From: Iphione sp. A-MEVVRFRX5
Lineage: Eukaryota
DNA length: 64,000 nt
NCBI GenBank assembly: GCA_976226885.1
Contig: OZ320315.1
Location: 79,546,001 to 79,610,000, forward strand
Direction of reading: 5' to 3'
Part shown: positions 14,201 through 26,400 of the stretch, piece by piece
How the letters are laid out: each line of letters starts with the position of its first letter
Position numbering within the stretch: the stretch's first letter is position 1
Notes under the pieces: model-generated
What the model saw: only the letters and a program-made list of their open reading frames with translations
The model's database searches: none
Told to the model about the DNA's origin: nothing
Program-made: the position numbers and the translations under genes

Positions 14201-17200
14201 CAGAAACTCCACGCCAGCAACCCCGGAAATATGCTCGACTCCCACGTTTCAAGTTTAATACACAAACGTGGGTTGTGGGGATTTTTTTTTGGGGGGGGGG
14301 GGAGGGAAGGAAGAGCGGAAAGGGGGTCCATGGACGAAACCTATTATTTTTGTGGTACCTGATCACTGCATGATTAGACACAGTAATGTAGTTTCGTTTT
14401 CTACACTCTGTCGACCCTCGCCTACGTAATGTACACGTAGGTGTTTTTTTTAATCGTTGAGGATATATTACTCACGTACCAGTTAGTATCTTGCTTACAA
14501 ACTCTGCCTCGAAGGAGGCTTTGCTTCTAAGAATTATGGCTCCTTCCACTCCCCCGATGAAGAGGTTTTGTCTTAGCGACCGAGATAGTCGCCAGTGCAA
14601 ACTATAATATAAAGGGGTTGTTTATTCACGGTTAAGCTATTCAAGGTTAAGCTTACCAAGAGATCTGGGTCGACGTCCATTTCCGCAAAAATTATCCTCT
14701 ACAGATTTGTGTGTTCATCCTTGTATTTCTATATTCAAGAAAAAGATATGCTGAAGATTTAGCTCTGTTCCCCTTAAACGCAGTTGGTGACCTAAACAGT
14801 GGAATTGTTTGACCTTTCGGAAATGCACAAACATGTTATGCATTGGTCCTCAAAAAAAAAGATCTAGTGTCCTGTTTTGGCAGGAAAATATGCTCATGAG
14901 TTATGAATGAGGCAGATAGGCCAGCCCTACTATGGCACACACTGAGAAAGCCTCATTAAAATAATTGACCTTCCTTTGTCAGAATAGTAATGAAACCTCG
15001 AACTGACAGGATGTGCGGTCCAGCCGGAGGAGGACCAGAATAGTGAGGCATTGCATTTAGCCAGCAGGGCCACAGAGGTCGTGAAAAATGCTTGCGGCGG
15101 TTTAATACCCTTCAAGCCTGAATAAATGTTCGCTGAATATTGCAGCCGGTATTGGGATTTTCGGATGGCCTTGGTGGGCGGAAAGACTGCGGAGTATACA
15201 CCAAGGGCCATTGGGTCGGAGAGGTTGCCGCTTTATTTAACATGCTCATTCGGGCCTATTGTGATAGATGCCCTATGGTTCCTTGAGGGCACTACTGCCA
15301 GTGGTGTACGCTGAGCCCGTGATGAGCGGTATCCAATCTAAAGGCATATAATCTCGTGATATAAACACCTACTGATGCCTTTCCCTTCCCTGATATGTGT
15401 ATTCATGTATGTGTATTCCCTGAGAGGATAAACACATCATTTTGAACCGATAATGCAATATGTGTAAGAAAGGTGATATGTGATATACTGTTCTATATTA
15501 TCATACTGTAGCCGATCAGGTGTGCTAGAAGTTAACAAAGGAAGGATCTGTACTCTAGTACAAGTAAGTACTAGTTATTTAAGACACGATGGTGGTATCT
15601 ACACATGCACATACGTGGAAACAGGCGTCATGCATTTAAACTATGATTCATTCTAGCAGGATGTTTTCTCAGAAAGGATCTTAACGTCAACTTGGGTTGG
15701 TCGGACAGTACATTTCCTAGGGAGATGTTGCATTCAGGAGGTCGTGATCTCAATTACCCTAGACACCGAAAGGTTACTATGGCAACCGGTGAGGGGATAT
15801 AGACGGACCTAGATGTACACAGGTGATAGCCAGCCAGACCCTCCCCTCCCCTCGTTCCTGCCCCATCTGCAGTAATCTGGAGGCAATTTGTTTCCCGCAA
15901 CCCAGGAGGACATTTATGGAATTATGCTTTTTGATATACGCCCATGAGATCGTATCTTGACGGGATCTTTTGTACGTAAGGGACCTTCGTATGCGATAAT
16001 ATCGTTTATGTGTCGCAGGGGTATCTGTTATTTTACTACATTTTCCCCACGTGTGCTTCATAGCAGAATCCTGATTCAGCTAACTTGGATTGCTTTCCGT
16101 ACCTATGCACGTGGGAGTACTTCAGTGGTATGTTAGTTCAGTTTTGGTCTCGAGTACACTGTATTTACCATTCAGTTGGAGTTGAGGGGCGTCAGTGGAA
16201 CTAATGTTACTGTGAATGAAAGGTACGAAATACTTCGAATTCATGTTCCTGTGCGTGAATAAAAAAATGTATTCACTGCTCTTAACCTGAGTGTGCATTG
16301 TTGGGAGAAAGTTTGCAGGGAGCACTGCTGTTAGGAAAATAGCTATTTGAAAGTACTTTTGTTCGGTGATGAGAAGAGATGGCAGCCGAAACGTGTTCAC
16401 TTAAGGCCATTGGGAAGCCACTTAGGGAGCCAGTAGTGAAGCCACTTGGAAAGCAACCCTCGCCTGGCTTCACCCTTTGTTTGATGTCTGCCGAGGTCGG
16501 TTTGTAACCTCCCCCTCGGGCTGGAAATCTCCTCCCACTTCACCTGCTGTGTCAACAGTTCGCGCGAACCCCTCCGGCGGGCCAGGTCAGACTCTATATT
16601 TCACAGTTTCCCCAGCTTTTGAGTCAGAGGGGATGCACGTGGCTGAGGGAATGTGGACCATTAAAAATGTGGCGCCACCAATATATATCCTTCCTCACCG
16701 ATGTACGTGCATGCATTATAGCACCAAGATGAAATGTGCTTTGAAAAACAAATTAGACTTCGCTGTCACTGAGAATTACCTCCCTCAGACTACGTGCCGT
16801 AGGTAATGACAAGTCTATATGGTTTGGGCCGTAGTGTAACTGTTGGAAAGGTAAGCCTGCGGAGCAGCTTGGTGCACGAGCGCAGCTCTTGAGCAGCTCA
16901 TCACGCGTGGAGTGCCTGGCGTAGTGCCGGCTGACAGGTCGACCTAAGCATACTATTTGTCTTCTTCTGCTTACTGGCAGACACCGTCCTCCTTTACCAG
17001 TTCCAGCATCTACCTTGCTTCCTCGTACACGTTTTTAACACGTGTGCTAGCCCGTCACAGGAAAGTCTTTTTTATAGTCACCGGCAGGTGGAAGTGTAGA
17101 GATACAAATGCGATTTCTTTTGGGGGTTTGTTCCCATTTGTTTTTCAAATTACAGGGCCGTTTATTGATGGCTCACAGGATTAAAGGCAACTTCTTTTGC

Positions 17201-18384
17201 TGCAACTTGCAGCAGCTCATAAATATTTGATACTTCTTATGCGTCACTTCCATAGTAATGGTATTAGGCATATGGCTATATTCTGATACTCTATGGTGAT
17301 TTTGATAATGAATCTATCATGTATACTACCTACGTACTTGAGTCCAGAAAAACAATCTGTATTTACAGGGTTTGAACTTACTACCCAACTACCGGTCATA
17401 GGTCAACTTTCTGTCGGTGTGGACCACTTTGTTTGCACCATGATACATGCTTTTCATTCAAGTGATAAACATACATGTATATTTGCCCTGCCAAAATAGG
17501 CCTTCATGGTGGCGAAAATTGCGGGCAAGAAAATAATTCTGAAACGGGTGACCCAGATGGTCAGTATTCAAAGAAACTATATATGTCTGAACGTTGCTCT
17601 TTATTGGGCATCAGACTCTGATGTAGGCTTGTTCAAGGTATATCTGCACACGTACATGTAGTTGACTACCTTATGGCTGTACGTAATTCTTGATACTGAC
17701 GTTCTACAGACGTCGGTTCGCCGCCGGCTCCCCGACGTCTAGTCCATAGAGACAAGTGCGCCGTCTGCGATAAGGAAGTATGCAGTCATGCAGACCAAAG
17801 CACTGCTTTCCTCGCGTGGATACAACATGACTGAGCTACATGACATATGAAGCATTAATTCTTCATCACTGCCACTGACACTGGGCCTTTTCCAGCTGAA
17901 CGAAACCCACTCATCACAACGAACGCGGCTCCCTCGCGTCACGTGGTCCGGTGTAGCAAAAATCTCCCAGAATGCCATGGATGATCACATGTTTCACGCT
18001 ATCCTACGAGAGCATGGTTCCCCTGTGTGCTTCCTCCGGCTACCCTGAAAGGTACATCAGCTGCGTCTCAGCCCGTTACGATTTAACTTGCAACAATGTT
18101 GGGCCGGTAGAGACTTTTCGCAACTTATCTGCTGGATTGTGGGCGTCTCTAAGTCTGACAGCCACATCACTAACTGCTAGTACATCCTTGTCGTTGCCAT
18201 TACTCTCCATCCAGGTCTAATTCAGGGCGATAATAGGAAAGGGCGGCAATTATGGCGAACACACACACACACACAGACTTTGGACTGAGTCAGTAAGCAA
18301 AGGGTAGAAAGGGTTATCAGACTGACTGATGGGGTAGCTGTCAGCGATTACGGCACATCAGCGCCCATAAATGTTGACCGATGT

Positions 18385-18398
18385 CCGCGAGGTGGCGC
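18385..18398 (+). promoter_or_regulatory. CTCF-like motif
   Basis: CCGCGAGGTGGCGC. Confidence 0.3.
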
Positions 18399-21300
18399 AG
18401 GTGGAGCAGAGGCCTACCAGGCTATGCTAAGGAGCTGATATACATTTGAGTTGGTAATCATTGATGAGACAATAGGACAATTTGGTCACGTAGATAGCGA
18501 GATACCAAGAGCTGTGTCTACCGATTAGACCTGAGGCAGGTATAGGGAGGAAGGGCAGCGAATGGAACGGTGCCGAGTGAGAGACGACGATGTCATAGAT
18601 GGCAGGAGATGTTCTTATGTACTGATTCATTCCGTCCGCGTCAAATTTCATTTCCTAGAAAATAGTAAACAAATACATGCACATGTATATTGAACCAAGA
18701 ATCGAAAAGTGTTGATAAAGATCAGTCTCTGTGTCCAGTGTACGTATAATATTACATGCAATGCAGGTGGTCCTGCACGTCTCTATATATATGTACAAGT
18801 AAATGTATTAGAAATATGAAAAGCTAGACTATAGATTTACAGGCTACCTTCAGAACTGGCATAGTTAAAATTGACCATTTTGTCAATTTGTTTCCATCTG
18901 TCTTTGTGTCCTACTTATCAACTACCTCGAGGGCAGCAAGATATATATTCCATCCAAGCGAAGATCTATTTATAGCAGCGCGATGGAAGCCTGATGTATG
19001 CCTCTCTGCTCCACACCTGAGCATCAGCTGCCATGATTACACCTCTCACCTGTCGACCTGGTCATTAGATGAGCGCCGCTCACCTGATCTCCCCGTCTCT
19101 CAAGTCGCCCAGGTGGACAGCCTGCTAAGGTTCGATGTAGCTATTCGTATATTCGATATTGAATGCCTCACACATTGAAATGCAGAATAAAAGGAGAGAA
19201 AGCGTCATAAATCTATTTTGCCTAACTTATTGGGCTTTGTTTTTAGCCCTTATCTTTCGGTTATACTTAAATCAATAAGGTATGTATATCTTGGAAATTC
19301 GAGCGTTGTCCATCGGTACATGTATGCGTGGTTGCGACTGTACGTGGATGTGGGTGGGTGTGCGCGTGTGCGTCCGCGCTCTTCCTGCGTGATTTAATGG
19401 CCGGATCGAAAAGGACTGAGTACGATTCTCTGTTTTGAGCAATAAAGATAAATACTGCATCCCTGAAGAAATCCAGCCATGCGTAATCCAGTACCCCTGA
19501 GGTCAGGTAACACCTTGTACCAGGAGTCATGGGGGCATTAAACAGAGCTTTCCTTCACTATGACCGTCGCCGAAAGGTCAGAAGCTCTCCACCTCAGCTG
19601 ACGACGTTGTTGTGTTAGTACGTTTGCTAGGAGGGGCGTATCTGTTTGCATGTATTATCATTAAATGTATGGTAGATTACATATGTGTTTACCTGTGCGT
19701 GTGTACTTGTATACATTATACATGTATATGCATGCATGCGTAATGTTGCGTTTAGAATTCAGGTTATTCATAAAGGACTCCAGTGTTCTCTATTGTATGG
19801 TGTTGCTTGCTCTGGTGTACAACTCGGATGCGTGCGTGTGGATATGTTGACTGCAAGAAGGCAATAGTATGCTCTTTCACGATAGATTTTGTCTTTACCT
19901 GTATAAAAGACAAAATACTCGATGTGAGTACCACCACCGTGGACTAGTGTGATATATTTAGAGATAATAGCTATATGGGACTTATTTCGATCATTTTATG
20001 ACTGCCTCCTTGTAGTTTTACCTTGATGTGGAAGTTGGTAATGTAGCTGGCTGAGCAGCAGCGTTTATGCCCCCCCCCCGTCTGCAGTGTAGATGCAGTG
20101 GGGGGGGGAGCGGGGGGGCTAGCATAGGGGAGAAGGGAATGGGCTGGAGGAAGAGGAAGGAGCTCCTGAAGAGGCAATCAGGCTTTTATTGTGGTAGGTA
20201 GCCAGGTGGACGCTTCATGGCGCTACGGTCAATGGCTGCCACAATGCCTTAAATTTGGCGTGTTGTACGTAGGTAGGTAGGTTGGTGGTCGAAACAGTAA
20301 AAACCTTGCATTAAGGACATCCTTCCTATCTGAAGTTCAATAGTCCTGACACAAAGAAGGATTGCCTGTCTTTGTTCACTCAATATTCTTGTACTTAGGT
20401 CAATGCATCAGCATATTTTGTGAAAGACGCATCTTCAAGAAATCCTTTGACATTTTCAATAAAGAATAAAGGTCATCTCCCCATTTAAATATATTGATCT
20501 TGATCATTACTAGCATGTACCTTACTCTAACCTAGAGTGGATACAGTATGTGAAAAGTCGTCGATGTACATGGTTCTTACCCCCTATACAAAAAGAAAAG
20601 CTCATACAAATCTATTCGAAATAAGAGCAGGCGGACAACCCCTGGCATTCTAGTATTTTTGATCTCACTAATAGATGGTTGTATTTTATCCCTGAATGGC
20701 AGGAAGACCAGCTGAGACAGCTGAATCTCAATTTGGAAATCCAGCAAGAGGTATGAAGAGAGGAAACAAATAGAGTGTAGGAATTGATCCCCTGCCAGAT
20801 GTTGGTCATGGTGAGGTTGAGCGGGGTTGGGGGACTCTGGCAGGAGATTTACAGAATCAAACTGCCTGTAGACCTATAGCATGTAGATGCACTGTATACA
20901 GGCTATGGTGTGTATCTTGAATAACGCTTACACAGATTCCAGCGACGTATTAACGTCTGTTCGTCCCTGTCTTTACAACATATGTATTTTTTTCATGCGA
21001 CATTGTGCACCGATCCGCAAGGGAATATATTGGATCATCTGTTTCCTCCCGCTGGCAGGAGACATGGTCGAGGCTCGGTCATCGGTTATGTCTGACTGTC
21101 AAAGAGCAGCAGTACAAATGGTGCGGCGTCGGCACGCTCGCCTGGCGGGGCACCCCGTCTTGGGGGTCCTCGTTAAGACTGCCCCCTGGAGTCGAACAGG
21201 GTAACCAGTCGGAGGTTGCCTCGGGGAGGGAGTGGCGGGTCTGGATCGAGGAGTGACTGCCCAGGGGATAGGAGGGTGGGAAGTGTCGGGCCAGCCAAGG

Positions 21301-21959
21301 GTTAGGGCCTGTGGAGTAGGACCTTAGCAAAGAGCGGCCCTGTAGGCCCTTTGACCTCAGTGTGACGGAGTTGCGGAAGTGCGGGTTATAATGGTTGGGG
21401 CTTGGGCGTTCATGGATCCAATAAAAGTGCCTCTACCGAGGTACATGTCTACCAGTGGAATCTCGGAGAGTTTGGAAGACACTTATGGGGTTGAGGCTTT
21501 GTGGGTTTAGTGTTCTGGTGCGGTAGAAGTGTGGAACTTTAACGTGGTGGTCCTTAGATCATAATGAGTCCAGTGTGGCCAGAGTATGGCACCATTAGTT
21601 GAGGGCTGTGGTGAGGTAGACCCGAATAAGACTGCCGTGAGCAGTTGGAGGGACGGGTACGTCTTAGGAACTATGGGGGAATTTTTTAGTTAGTTTGAGT
21701 TAGTAGTGGTGTGGACCCAGAGGTTACGGACAGTCTATACTTCTTCGGTTTTTGGTTGTCCAAGGACAGTCGAGGGTGCCCTGTTCTGTAGAACTGGCAC
21801 CCCCTGGACAGTCTTCACGTCGACAACCCGGATAGGGTACAGCCGAACAACCAACCACCTGACGGACGTCCTTGTACGGCCCGTGTCTCGGTTGTACTTG
21901 CTGAGGAGGTAGGTTCGTCTCGAGTGAAGACAACTGCTGACAGACAGCGAGGTGGTCTC

Positions 21960-23167
21960 GACATCTCCAACGGCTGAACCGCTCGCCCGCCCGCCCACTA
22001 CTTCCTCTCTCCGGTCGCACGTTGCACACACGCACGTACACACACGTACGCGTGCACGAGTGTGCGCTCGCAGGCAGCGAGGCAGCGTGTGTGGAGGCGA
22101 GAAGGAGCCGTTGAACGCACGCTGCAGGTCACCACACTAGCGAACGGGCGCGCAGAACGTGCAGCGCTGCGCTCTCTCACATACACGCACACACTCACAC
22201 AAACCAACAAACAAACGCATACGCCCGTAGCCAGTCTTTCTCTTGCTTCGCTCGGCGAACACTACCGCCGCCGCCGCCGCCGTCACAGCCCTGGCGCTCT
22301 CGAGCCGCGTGGATTTTTAAACCCGCTTAGTCATCGACGTCAGCTGCTGCTGGGGAGAGCACAGTTCTCGGCGGCGGTGGTTCTCACTGTAGAGAAAGAC
22401 GGTGGTTGTTGTTGTGTGACCGCTCGACTGAGTGGTGTAGTACCCCCACTTCGCAATAGTTCTGTACACCCAACAGCAAGTGGCAACCGATTGCTCTTCC
22501 ACCCGAAGCACCCGCCGCCACCACCACCACCAGCCAACGGTCCGTGGTGTGGATATCTGTTCGCATACCAAGCGCCCTGCTTTCCGCCTGTGGATATTTT
22601 CACCATTGCACGTCGGTTATTGGCTGCTGGTGCCTTGGTAGGTTCGCCTCCGCCGCCACCGTCGTCGTCGTAGTGGTGAACGTACGAGCGAGGCGGCGGT
22701 CGTTGCCCTGACGGACTTGAACGGCTGGGTGGTGGAGCCGGCTCGGGGGGAGGTTGTTTGCCGGGTCAGCGGGCGACGAAAAGGCAGGCTACTATCAGAG
22801 AAGAGTCCAGTCCGTCCCTCCTCTAGCTCAGCTGGACCCGGTCGCCGTGCTGACGATGTAGGAAAGCCAGCATTTCCTCGCGGATATTTGTACATGTTCT
22901 CCAACGGCTACTCCTCCTACGCCTCCTCCTCTTGCTACAACAACTTCTCCTGCAGTCTCCTACAACCACGTCTACTTACATCATTCCCATCACCCGCAGC
23001 AACCACGGCAGAACCTCCCACGGCAGGCTGTTCACACTCAGGGATCAACAACGTCGCCTCGTACGCCGTGTTAAAGGACCCCCAACACTGGCCGGGGGAG
23101 AGGAGGAGGGCGGCGGTAGGGAGGAGGACGAGCGGACGGCGATCGGGCGCGGCGGCGCCTGCTGTCC
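21960..23167 (+). promoter_or_regulatory. CpG-rich promoter / long 5' leader
   Basis: High CpG and GC content with (CCG)n, (CCA)n and (GTC)n runs. There is no + strand ATG between 21676 and 22855. Confidence 0.55.
22856..22861 (+). promoter_or_regulatory. Start-stop uORF (ATG TAG)
   Basis: The first ATG after the 1.18-kb ATG-free stretch is immediately followed by TAG. Confidence 0.4.
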
Positions 23168-23250
23168 ATGGCCGCGCTGATCGCGCACGCCTTGCATCTC
23201 GACGTTCAAGAGCTCATGTCGGCCTGGGAGGAGTACACAACCATGGATAG
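22894..23250 (+). CDS. Overlapping upstream ORF (118 aa, MFSNGYSSYASSSCYNNFSCS...), or the real 5' CDS if an indel is present
   Basis: ATG at 22894 and TAG at 23248-23250, out of frame with the 23168 exon. The first two thirds have coding-like C/G-ending codons. Confidence 0.4.
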   Translation: MFSNGYSSYASSSCYNNFSCSLLQPRLLTSFPSPAATTAEPPTAGCSHSGINNVASYAVLKDPQHWPGERRRAAVGRRTSGRRSGAAAPAVHGRADRARLASRRSRAHVGLGGVHNHG

Positions 23251-23283
23251 CGAGGCGTCGGCCAACGTTTTCATGATGTACAG
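23168..23283 (+). CDS. Probable first coding exon of an unidentified host gene (MAALIAHALHLDVQELMSAWEEYTTMDSEASANVFMMYR)
   Basis: Codons are strongly G/C-ending, there is an in-frame TAG upstream at 23117-23119, and the exon ends at a phase-2 donor CAG|GTGGGT. It sits at the end of a CpG-rich leader. The protein was not recognised. Confidence 0.55.
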
Positions 23284-23390
23284 GTGGGTTTTGTTTAGTG
23301 TAGCTGGGGCTCTCCCTCCTCCTGCTTGTCGACCTCGATGAGAGCCTTTTATAGAAGGCACATTGACCTTCGTTTCACAGCTGCAAGCTA

Positions 23391-23450
23391 GGTGGTGGTG
23401 GTGGTGGTGGTGGTGGTTGTTATTGTTGGTGGTGGTGGGGGTGGTGGTTG
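23391..23450. repeat. (GGT)n microsatellite just inside the putative first intron
   Basis: Read directly from the sequence. Confidence 0.9.
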
Positions 23451-26400
23451 TATAATGGGTACGCTACTGCACTCGGCTCCGCGGTGATCGCCTGATCAGT
23501 ACTACAGAGTGGGAGGGGCAATTTTTCATTGTTTCCTCTCAGAGTGACTGGCAGTCACCACACCAAAATACTGATAGCTGAGCTCTCGCTTGTGCCGTGC
23601 AGTCAGATATCAACTTCTTCTAAAGCAGTGGCAGCTGTGACATTGTTTGGTTCGACGTTTCTGTTTGGTACATCTACTGGAATTAAACACAATAGCTAAC
23701 AATGCTCAAAAAAACAGTCATGTGCAGCTAATCCTTTCCGATTTGACAGTGGCATTGAACGTGCCTTTGTTGGTATAGAGTGAATCCATGCAGCCAAATC
23801 TATGCATGATTGAATGTCGCTCTTAGTGTTATGAAATTCTACAGATGGTAAGGTTATGAAATTATACAGTACACCAGTCATCAATGCAGTTTCATCATTT
23901 CACGGACGCTTCTTTATGCTCTGGGACACGAGAATTTTCCATCAAGTAATTGAGGGCGCGCATTCTCGCCAGTCTATCTCCGTTGGACAAATTCCTGACC
24001 TACTTGTCTGCTCCTCATATTTCATCACCGCCCGACTGGGATGGCGAATTATGACCATTGATCACGATGGGAAAGTGCACTGCAAGCCCACTGACCGCTT
24101 TCCAGGAAGTGTTTTTACTCTAGATATATAGGCCTACCAGTTAGGCATATGATGTATTTATCTGGTTCTTTGGTCATAAGCAACACTGCGTACTGTATAC
24201 CTGGAGCATAAAGTAAGGACTGATCACAGCCAGTTCGGCTCTCTGGGTTCAGTATATAGTGAAGATGCAGAGCACAAACAAATGTACTGACGATAACTCG
24301 TAACTACTCGACTATTTATATGCACTATGTTTCTTTTCAATAAGCCAGTCTGACGTATTATGTCACAGGAGCGTCCATGCCATCTCAGAAATAACCCTAT
24401 CTCGTAATGTCAGGCGAGTTTGTAATACATGTAGTTTGATAACTGCAATAACATAAATACATGTACATACATGTACATACATGTACATCCTCGCTTAATG
24501 CGTCTGTTTGGAATGTGAGGTTAGTTAACCATCTCATCTGTCGGCAGTAGTGATCTCACATACGTATACATGCTTAGGTAGAGATGCCGAGTCTCAACTT
24601 AGCATGACATGGCGTGACAACGTTTAGTCTATTTACAAACCTCGGGGTCATAACCTAACGGTCGACAGCACACGAGCAGGGCCGCTCGGTGACAGTCGCC
24701 GGTCCCAGCGGGGCCTGCTCCACGCCCGGGGCCGGCCGTGATGCGAGGCCATGTAGCACGGGCGGGGAGAGTTGCCTGTCTGCAGCTGAGGCCCGTGTGT
24801 TTGCTGCTGACACAGTCGGGCGAGATGTTGTCAGACTACTGACAGTATCGCACGGTCCCACGGTGGCGCGGGCCTCCTAATCCAGACTGACAGGTAAACA
24901 GAAAGGCATAGACAGGGAGGTGGACAGTCGGCAGAGACAGAGTGACAGAGGCAGATCGATAGAAATAGCCAGCCAGATGGGTGGGGGAAGGGAAAAAAAA
25001 GTCCAGCCAGACAGGCAGACGCACACACCTGGTCACATTGATTGTTTAATAGACACAGATGTATCACCACCCACCAGACCTTTGAAAAAAGGGAGAAATA
25101 GAGGGGAGAGATTTTCGAGATCCATCCTTTCTCAACGCCCCACAGGTCCTAAGCTCCAAGGTCTCCCAAGGTCGTAACTAAATCCCCCCATACCATGCAC
25201 TGTCTTTACTCAGTAACGACTTGTGCTCCAAGTGGGATATTGATGGCTTGTGTCAGAGGATTAGGGCACACGAGGTTATTGTTGATTCTGTTCATCAGAG
25301 TTTGGGATCTCCAACACGCTGCCCATTATATAGGCAGTCCTGAACTTGGCCTCTTCGAAGCTTAACCACAGTAGACCCATAGCCCACTTCTCTTGGCTGT
25401 ATGCTTCATTTTGAGAAGTATGGCCTGTGTTACCATCGTAAAGCTGCTAAGAAGAAGATCCCAGCCAAACAAAAATAAATGTACGGCCATGTCTTTATTC
25501 CCCGGGGGCAGTCTGTACAAAATGGTGTCAGCCTGGAGTGCTATCAAAATTTTCTCGTCGCGTCTGCCTACTTCAGCCAGCACACCTGTGAAGTGCATCT
25601 GCTGGTATATGTGCCAAGAGGTTTTAGTATGTTTTTCCTTCTTTTTTTGTGTGGCAAAGATCTTGTTCGAGTGTATTGAGTAGTACCACTGAACTTGCTT
25701 GATAAATCTTTCTCTACCCCTTCTACTGACTCATGTGAGGTGTTCTACCGTGGCTCTAGCCACCAGCCGAGTACCGACACGCCATGTGGCGCATCTGACT
25801 AGTGGCCCAAATGTCAAAATCACAAAAGAGAGTTTCTATCTGACCCAGTTGGCCTCATTGTCATGGGTGTGTGTGTAGCGAACCTACTTCCCCCCTGATT
25901 AATTAGCTTTTGGCATTCTACTCAGAGGAATGCCTACACTACTGGGTTTCTGCTTCAAACGTTGCGTTTCCTCATTCCTCCCGCTACGTGTTGGGTTTTT
26001 TTTTCGTGTTACTTTCCCCGAGAACCCTAGAAACGTTTCTTTACATCTCTTCCATCCTGTTACTCATGTACAACATGACATCGTTGACCCTGCCGTCTGT
26101 AATAGCTATTAGTTTGTTCGTGTTCCTCTCTCTCCGTTATCTGATTATCTCTATCAGGCCTTACATTTGCCTCCCACTCCCCCCTCCGGCCATCCATCTG
26201 TCTGTTTGACCTACTTCTACCCCGGCTGTCTTTCCAGGCCAGCATCTGATGGATGGGTGCATTCTGGCCACATCTTCCCACTATCTTTACACTACTTTTT
26301 ATACCCTGCTTCCCTTTGGCGTCGCCATCTCATTCCACCCGTCTGACCCGCTTGTCTCACCTATTTGTCCGACCTCTTTATCTCACCTGGCACCTATGGG

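Noticed and set aside
17710-17834. Terminal-exon-like frame with CAVC...C (DVGSPPAPRRLVHRDKCAVCDKEVCSH)
   Set aside because: The acceptor is weak and the Cys pattern does not complete a known zinc finger or nuclear-receptor DBD.
23168-23283. Assigning a gene name (weak resemblance to HNF4, MXD or NALF1 N-termini)
   Set aside because: The similarities cover only a few residues and no diagnostic domain exon was found in the window.
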